From positions 42,680 to 106,679 of IMG/VR virus record IMGVR_UViG_3300028048_000092: a stretch of DNA of 64,000 nt, one strand, 5' to 3'. This document shows positions 57,345 through 64,000 of this stretch, piece after piece. Each line of letters starts with the position of its first letter. Position 1 is the stretch's first letter. Position numbers and translations under genes: made by a program. The notes under the pieces were generated by a model that worked only from the letters and a program-made list of their open reading frames with translations, was not told the DNA's origin and did not search any database. Source of the DNA: a virus. Taxonomy: Duplodnaviria; Caudoviricetes.

Positions 57345-58651
57345 TCCCCGGCCTTCCAGATCTTCGCAACTACGGGAACCTGTCCCTGCTGAAGCCTTAG
57401 TAGAAGTACATCCTGCTAAGGCAGCTTCATGATGCAGTGAGGGCTGGAAGACACACGGATGTACGTATCGGAGCCCCTTAGCTGGGGCTCTTTTCTTGGG
57501 CAGCCCCTAAGGACTTACCCACAGGTCCTTAGAAGAGACTCCTCATAACTCAGCCTCTACACACTTACGATTATAAGAATTTTTAGGGGCCCATTACTTC
57601 CAAGTATGGTATGGGAACCGTAAAGAAGCTCTAGTAGTCTCCTATTATTATTCTCTAGAATACCGGTAATAAGATAAAGTTCACCAGGGCCGACAAGCGA
57701 AATGCTCCTATATATACTATGGTGAAGACTCAGAACAACAACTGGATCACTTCCGTACAGACTGACTAGAACGTTCCCCCGGTTATAAAATCCTACTCGA
57801 AGTAGCATTTTAAGAGCATCTCTCTGGAAGAAGCCGCTGATATGCTCGACAGAGGAGCCAAGGCATATCCTAAAGTTGATGGCACTGGAGCTAATGCCAT
57901 TATAAGAAGAAATGGCATTGATGTGTATGGTATAAGGAAAGATAAATAGGGAAATCTTATCCGCTATACAGATCATATAGGCGGACTGAGAAATATGAAC
58001 ATTCCTAAGTAGCTTGTGGGCAAGACTTTCAGGGCCTAGGTATCAGGTACTTAGAATGATAGACCTATAAAGCCCAACACGCTTTCCGGTCTTCTTAACG
58101 CTACTTTATAGCATAACATATAGGATCGGAAACAGAAGAACATTAATTTGTATCTGACAGCTCTGGCTATGCTGGGGCAGAAAGATGACTATAATAAACA
58201 GTTTATAAATGACCTGGTAAGCAAACTTAAGTCCTAGAAAGTAAAAAATCTTCCCGAGATATCCACCAAGTAGGAACTTGCCAGACATATTAAAGCCATG
58301 CGCTAGGGCATACATCCAATTACTCAGTAGGGAGTTGTTGTGCAGGCTCCTGGCAAAAGGCCTATGAAGGCAAAATTGCTGAAGGATTATGATGTGCAAA
58401 TAAAAGATATCTTTCCTGCTTAGGTTACTACAAGTACTCCCAGAGCAGGCGGCTTTACATACACTTTGCCGGGGCAGGATAAGGAGCTGGGAAGAGTCGG
58501 TACGGGTTTCACCCATGAGACTTTAGTGGACATGATGAACAATCCTTAGAAATACAAGGGTAAACTGGCAAGGATCACTGCAATGTTTCAATATCCTTCA
58601 GGTGCTTATAGAATGCCTGTATTTCAAGCTATAAGAAGTTAGGGTGACTGA
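57341..58651 (+). CDS. LigD-type 3'-phosphoesterase fused to ATP-dependent DNA ligase (TAG=Glu, 436 aa)
   Basis: QLHDA.RAGRHTDVRIG..FSWA.PK..KRL..H..Y.NF*G.I...YG.GTV; ligase KVDG, FRA*, *GVVV, KAK; OB-fold VGTGFT..YRMPVF. Confidence 0.85.
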
Positions 58652-59616
58652 TGGACCGCATCATTAAAGTTCCTGGTAATAAGCTGACCAAGAAGCAACT
58701 GGACATAGTTAGAGCTATGTATACATTGTTGCACTAGGATCAGCGTCAGTATAACTATATAAAAGAAGATCCATAGGGAACTTAGGCACATATATAGAAG
58801 AATATGAAGTGGTTTACAGACCCTAAGAGAACTCTTCATTTTTATACTAAAGATGGTGATGTTGCTGGTATGCTGGCATATCCACCGGATAAGATGTGGT
58901 CAGATGCTGCTTATTTAGGTGGTTTTTATGTGGACCCAAAATATAGAAACAGTGGCATTGGAACAAAATTATTATAGAGTGCTTAGAAGGTTGCCCGTAA
59001 GGATAGACTGAAGAAACTTGTTCTTATGTACTATGGAGCTAATCCTGCCTCCAATCTATATAATAGATATGGTTTTAGACCTTTTTAGGTGACCGGTGTA
59101 AAATAGTTGGGCAATTAGAATGTAGTTAAACCCATTGATCGCAAGCGACAGATGTTGTTATAGATAGCAGAATTGGCTAATAAGTATAAGCAGCCTATCT
59201 TTGCTGTTACATAGGGAGCTTCAATAACTAGAAATAATGGTAGTGAAGCTGTTAAGGCTGCTAGATAGGCACATGCTAAGTGGGAAGACTAGCATGGAGG
59301 AGATTCTAAATAGGACTGGCTCAATAAAAGCTCTAAAGCTATCTAGTTCCCAAAATAGTAGCTAACAGCTTTGCAGTAGCGTCTTACAAAAGGACTTCCT
59401 ATCTATACTACAAGAGTCTCTAGTGATTATAATAAGTATAGTAAAGGAGATAGCCTAAATAGTCCGTTAGGCAAGTTAAAGGTAGCAGATTAGACCAAAC
59501 TAGATACCTTATCTGAACATCCTTTTATATAGTAGCTGACAGCCGACCAGCGTCAGTTACTCGCTAAGTATAAGAAGTTAAAGCTATTAAAGTTAATATC
59601 AGAGCAAAGCAGGTAA
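58651..59616 (+). CDS. GNAT acetyltransferase with extra C-terminal domains (TAG=Glu)
   Basis: FYVDPKYRNSGIGTKLL..NPA.NLYNRYGF. Confidence 0.8.
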
Positions 59617-59617
59617 T

Positions 59618-60265
59618 ATGAACAAATACGCAGTAACGTTGGCTTAGCTTAAAAGAGTTGCAAGACCACACTATACCCCAGACAAGTGGCAGCACATTCT
59701 TAATGTGCTTCGTATTGCAAAGGAGTATAAAGAAGCCCCCCTTTCAGCTGAATAGAAAGCCGCTATTCTTTGGCATGATTCTGCAAAACGAGATATGGGG
59801 GCTAAACTGCACGGACTTCATGGGGCACAGATTGCTAGAAAATAGCTGCCCAAGTGGTATACTCCTTAGCAGGTGCGTCTTATAGCGAAAGCTATTCACC
59901 AGCATAATCTTGAGTAGAGGATCTAGAGTTTGTAGACCTTTAAGCCTACTTTAAAGAGATTTTCGTCACCTGAAGCCTAGCTACTGGCGGTTGCAGATGA
60001 TGACAGAGCATCGTAGACTCCATAGGAGACATGGAGAAGAACTTTGGGTTATCATATTAAAGGCAGACCGGATGATAAAACTGCTAAACAGCTCACTGAC
60101 TTCTTAAAGCTTCGGCTGACACCTTCACATAGAATGCCTTAGTTACAGTGGTATAAATAGAAATTCTTTACTAGAAATAAACCGTTTGCTAATTGGGTAA
60201 AGTCTTTGAATGAAGATTAGACCACGAAGCGTATTGCTGATTATAAAAAGGAGCAGGGTCTATAA
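59618..60265 (+). CDS. HD-domain phosphohydrolase (TAG=Glu)
   Basis: HILNV..AAILWHDSAK..HGLHGA..AIHQHN..LAVADD. Confidence 0.8.
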
Positions 60266-61179
60266 TGCCTATACATCAAAACGAAGACGGCACCTGGCAG
60301 TGGGGTAAGTCAGGTAAGAAATATAAGAAGAAAGAAGACGCCATCAAGCAGATGAAAGCGATCTTCGCTAACGGCTATGTAGAGAAACATGCTTCTTATA
60401 CTGATACTTTGAATAACTACAGAAAGTTCGGGGATCCCAGTGCTTTTATTTCTACTGTAGCAAGACAAGACCCTAAAAACTTTAGCGCAGTAGTTCCTTC
60501 TGTAGAAAACATGTTGGATCCTTCTTACAGGGAAAGAAGTTTCTTGTGGAAAGCACAGGGTATGGACTTTCCCTGGGTAAGAAACAAAATGCTGCGTGAC
60601 GGATACTTCAAAGCTCTGTATCAAAGAGAGTCCAGTAATAATCCTCATATGCTTATCAGAGATAAAAATGGGTAGATCGTCTCCGCCGGTATAGGGAGTG
60701 TGGATAAACCGGGGCTGAAGCAAATGAAACAGATGAAGTTGGTCCCACAGAACTTTAAAATGGTAGACTTCATTAAAGATAAAAACCAGGGACTTGTAGA
60801 CAAGGCTATTAAGGGTCTCCAGACCAGGTTCTTTAATAAGGAATAGATAGGAAACTCTCCCAATAAGCTAAGAGGTTTGTCTTTCTTCAATCCTGCAGAT
60901 GTCCGTTAGATGTATATTAGATATAATAACGGTAGAAAGACAACTAGAAAGATACAGAATATAGATAAGAAGATTGCCAGAGGATAGCGGATCTCTCCCT
61001 ATGAGCAGTCCTTGCAGTACTTTGCACATCGTAAAGATAACCTATATGAAAAGGACTTTAAAAATAAAAATCCTCATTTATATCCTTTAGTGTATCCATA
61101 ATATTCTGACGATCAGAGCTTATACAAATAGCTATTAATTAAGAAAGGCCTTTCTTATGAGTTTCGAAAACATCTTTAA
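60265..61179 (+). CDS. hypothetical probable virion protein (TAG=Glu)
   Basis: MPIHQ..WQWGKSGKKY..A.KQMKAIFANGY module followed by EKHA; in-frame TAA at 61177-61179. Confidence 0.65.
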
Positions 61180-61993
61180 ATCTATTAATAAAAAGGCTGC
61201 TGAAATGCTTACCCCTGAAGCACAGCAGGCAGCTGTACAGCCTCCGCAAGATCCCGCTATGGGAGCTATGCCTCCTGGAGCTCCTATGGATCCGGCTATG
61301 ATGGGAGGTGCCCCTGCAGGCGCTCCTCCGATGGATCCTTCTATGGGTGGAATGCCTCCGCAAGGCGCTCCTATGGGACAGCCTGGTGCCTGGATGCAGG
61401 ATCAGATGTTCTTGCAGTTCCTCCAGAGCATGGGTGTCCAGGTGCAGCCTGACGGTTCCGCTATCGATCCTAATGGACAGCCTGTTCCTCCTGAAATGAT
61501 GGAACAGATCTATGCACAGTTCCAGCAGGAAATGGCTATGCAGCAGGGTGGTGGAATGCCTCCTGAAGGAGCTCCTGCAGAAGGGATGCCTCCTGAAGGT
61601 GTCCCTATGGGACCGTAGGGAATGCCTCCGGAAGGTGAGATGCCGCCTCCTGGGCTTGATGAAGAGACTCTCAACCAGGTTGCCGGTGTTGTGCAGCAGG
61701 TTGTCGATGCTACTGTGGAAGAGAAAATTGCAGCCCTTGACAAGAAGCTTACCGCTTTTACTGACAAAATCGATGCAATCAAGATGCTCCTTGACGACTT
61801 CCTTACAGATGCTTCTCATACAGAGAAAAAAGAAGCCGAGGAACAGGCGGCTATCGACGAGGAGCTTGAAAAGGATCTTAAGAGCGCCCAGGAAAGCGCT
61901 CCTGTTGATATTCAGCCCACAGAAGCTGCTCTTGCAGCTCCTCAGGCAGCTCCCGCAGGTAACATGCTCGATATTATGAGAGGTAATGTATAA
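61157..61993 (+). CDS. Pro/Met/Gly-rich low-complexity protein (TAG=Glu)
   Basis: MSFENIFKSINKKAA leader; repeats PEGMPPEG with one copy P*GMPPEG. Confidence 0.8.
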
Positions 61994-63054
61994 TGGATAA
62001 GAAGGCGGATTGGAAGGAGAGCTTGAAAGAGGCTCTCAAAGACAAGCGCCTTCTTGGTGCTGGTCTTGCAGGTCTTGCAGGTGCTGCTGTAGGCGGAGGA
62101 GTTCTTCCCGGGCTGATTTATAAGAAGCCCACTTGGGGAAGTAGATTCTGGATGGGAGGCGCTTCGGGTATCTCTACATTCCTTATTGCCTTGGCCGCTA
62201 TGCAAGCTGCTGGAAGCAAGAACTAGGACAAGAGCCTTGCTGGTAAGGGCAAAGATGCTCTAGCTACTGGAAAAGCATTCTTATAGTCCACTTTTGGTAC
62301 AGATAAGTCTAAAGCCTAGCTTAGAGACATGGGCGAAGGTTAGAAAGCTGTCTGGGGACTTCCCGGAACAGGAGTTCCTGGCTGGCTTGCAAGAAGATGG
62401 CATGAAAGTAAACCGAAAGGTTTCTTATCCGCAGCCTCTGGACTGGTTGTTGGCGGGTATACTGGAAGCAAGCTTTAGCGAATGGCTTAGAACTGGAACA
62501 GAGCGAGCTCTTTCAGAAATATTATTAATAATATGACTTCAGAGCAGAAGAACCAGCTTATTAAGCAGTTCCCAGATATCGCTAAAGTGCTAGATCACCC
62601 AACAGGGGTTATTGATACTACTAAAGATGCTGCAAAAGCACTTTTTGCCAGAGCTAATTCCAGTGTTCTAGATACCAAACTAGGTCAACGTCTTTTGAAG
62701 GCTCCTAAATTTAGAGCCTGGTTGCAGAATCAGCGTATGACCAATCCTTTCCTTTTCACAGCTGGAAAGAATAGTGCAGGACAGATTGCTAATAATGTTC
62801 TGGGAAATATCGCTAAGGACAACATTATTCATGCTGATGGCATGTAGGCTCTGCGTGGTTTGGCTACACTGCCTAAGAATCGCTATCAGCTTCCTGCTGC
62901 TAAAGGATTTGGTAAACTCCTCAGAGGCGGCCGTAGAAGCATTCCTATCCTGCTCGCCCTTGCAGCCAGTTATGGTGTAAACCGCCTTACCGGCGATAAT
63001 AAATCTTATAATGATCTGATTTCACAGGATCTTCTTTCCGATCTGAATAAATAA
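61993..63054 (+). CDS. probable virion protein with Gly/Ala helices (TAG=Glu)
   Basis: Pieces 61993, 62533, 62860 in one frame, joined only by TAG. Confidence 0.75.
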
Positions 63055-64000
63055 TGGCAGTAACTACTCTAGGACGTGAACTGGTAAAGCAGGCACTTCC
63101 TGCTAAATACAAGAGCTTTGCCGATGAGCCTTTAACAGCTGATCGGCAAAAGAAGCTCTTTACAGCCCTTGCCAAGGAAGACCCTGATGCTTATATAGAC
63201 ATTCTTCAGAACATGAATGCCATTGGAGAGCGCGTAGTATCTACTTATGGAAAAGATACTACTATTACTCTAGATGACCTCGATGCGGGTGCTTAGGTAA
63301 AGAATGTCAGAGCGAAGCTCAATGAGATCATAAGGGCTACTATAAACCGTAAAGATCTTACTCCTTAGCAGAAACAGTAGAAGATCATTTAGCTGGGATA
63401 CAAGTACACAGCTAAGATGAAGGACCTGGGGCTGCAGGATGCTAATAAGAGACGTACAGGGCTTGCCAATCAGATAGCTTCCGGCTCCAGAGGAAATCCT
63501 GTCCAGCTTATGCAGCTTATTACAGGTGATATGATGATGAAGGATGCCATGAACAGAGACATTCCGTTCCTGGCTACCATGCCTTATGTGGAAGGCGATT
63601 CTCCTTTGGCTTATTGGGCTTCTGCAATGTCAGGCAGAAAATCTACTTACGATGTACAGGCTGCTACGGGCCGTGTAGGATATCTTTCGAAGCAGGCTAC
63701 CAATACCACTCACAGTACTCCTATAAGTATGCAGGACTGTGGCACAGTAGATACAGGAGTTCCTGTAAAGGCTAATGATTCATAGAACATTGGAAGCGTT
63801 TTGCTGTATCCCTGGAAAGGACATAAAGCAGGCTCTGTTGTAGATGAGCAGATGCTTTCTGAGGCGGATGATTAGGACTAGTTTATCATTCGCAGTCCTG
63901 TTACTTGTAAGGCACATAATGGAGTTTGTGCCAGATGTGCAGGAATACAGGAAAATGGGAAATTCCCTGCAATAGGTTCTTATGTAGCGCTGAACTCTGT
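63054..64000 (+). CDS. RNA polymerase beta' C-terminal fragment, runs off the window (TAG=Glu)
   Basis: SGSRGN..QLMQL, YVEG.SP..YW..SGRK..D...T...GYL, DCGT, IRSPVTC....GVCARC.G. Confidence 0.88.

Noticed and set aside
57345-57495. Long hairpin and terminator-like stem resembling an ncRNA
   Set aside because: It is the coding start of the LigD-type phosphoesterase domain once TAG is read through
1603-64000. TAG=Gln (code 15)
   Set aside because: Catalytic and conserved positions and internal paralogues all point to Glu; I found no site requiring Gln
1603-64000. Mass pseudogenisation or a G-to-T sequencing artefact
   Set aside because: Only TAG interrupts frames; there are no matching GAA-to-TAA stops or frameshifts in the genes I read, motifs are intact, and the pattern follows the coding strand on both strands
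1603-64000. Pyrrolysine insertion at TAG
   Set aside because: TAG is far too frequent and occupies acidic catalytic sites; no pyl genes seen

Overview
This window is 64 kb of a large (jumbo-type) tailed phage genome that does not use the standard genetic code. In-frame TAG codons break most genes in the supplied ORF track. Reading through TAG gives long, densely packed genes, and every gene I delimited ends in TAA or TGA. At every informative position I could check, TAG stands for GLUTAMATE, not the glutamine known from code-15 phages. It falls on the HExxH Glu, ligase motif III and IV Glu, methyltransferase EIG and DVEGxE Glu, and conserved RNA polymerase Glu residues, and it aligns with GAA in duplicated segments within the window. 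Contents in order: small TAG-free accessory genes; an ncRNA cluster (large GOLLD/ROOL-like RNA, an 82-nt tmRNA reduced to its tRNA-like domain, an anticodon-less tRNA-like RNA); a TibC/Aah-type heptosyltransferase; a tail fibre/LamG adhesin array; a glycosyl/methyltransferase cluster; a portal-like gene; many probable internal virion proteins sharing an N-terminal Y..K-x-A leader; a LigD-like phosphoesterase-ligase; and a multisubunit RNA polymerase split as betaN / betaC-beta'N fusion (five inteins) / beta'C. Coordinates of recoded genes were derived by hand from frame continuity; the longest genes were not checked codon by codon. Product calls come from recalled motifs, with no database search. 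In quoted translations * marks TAG.
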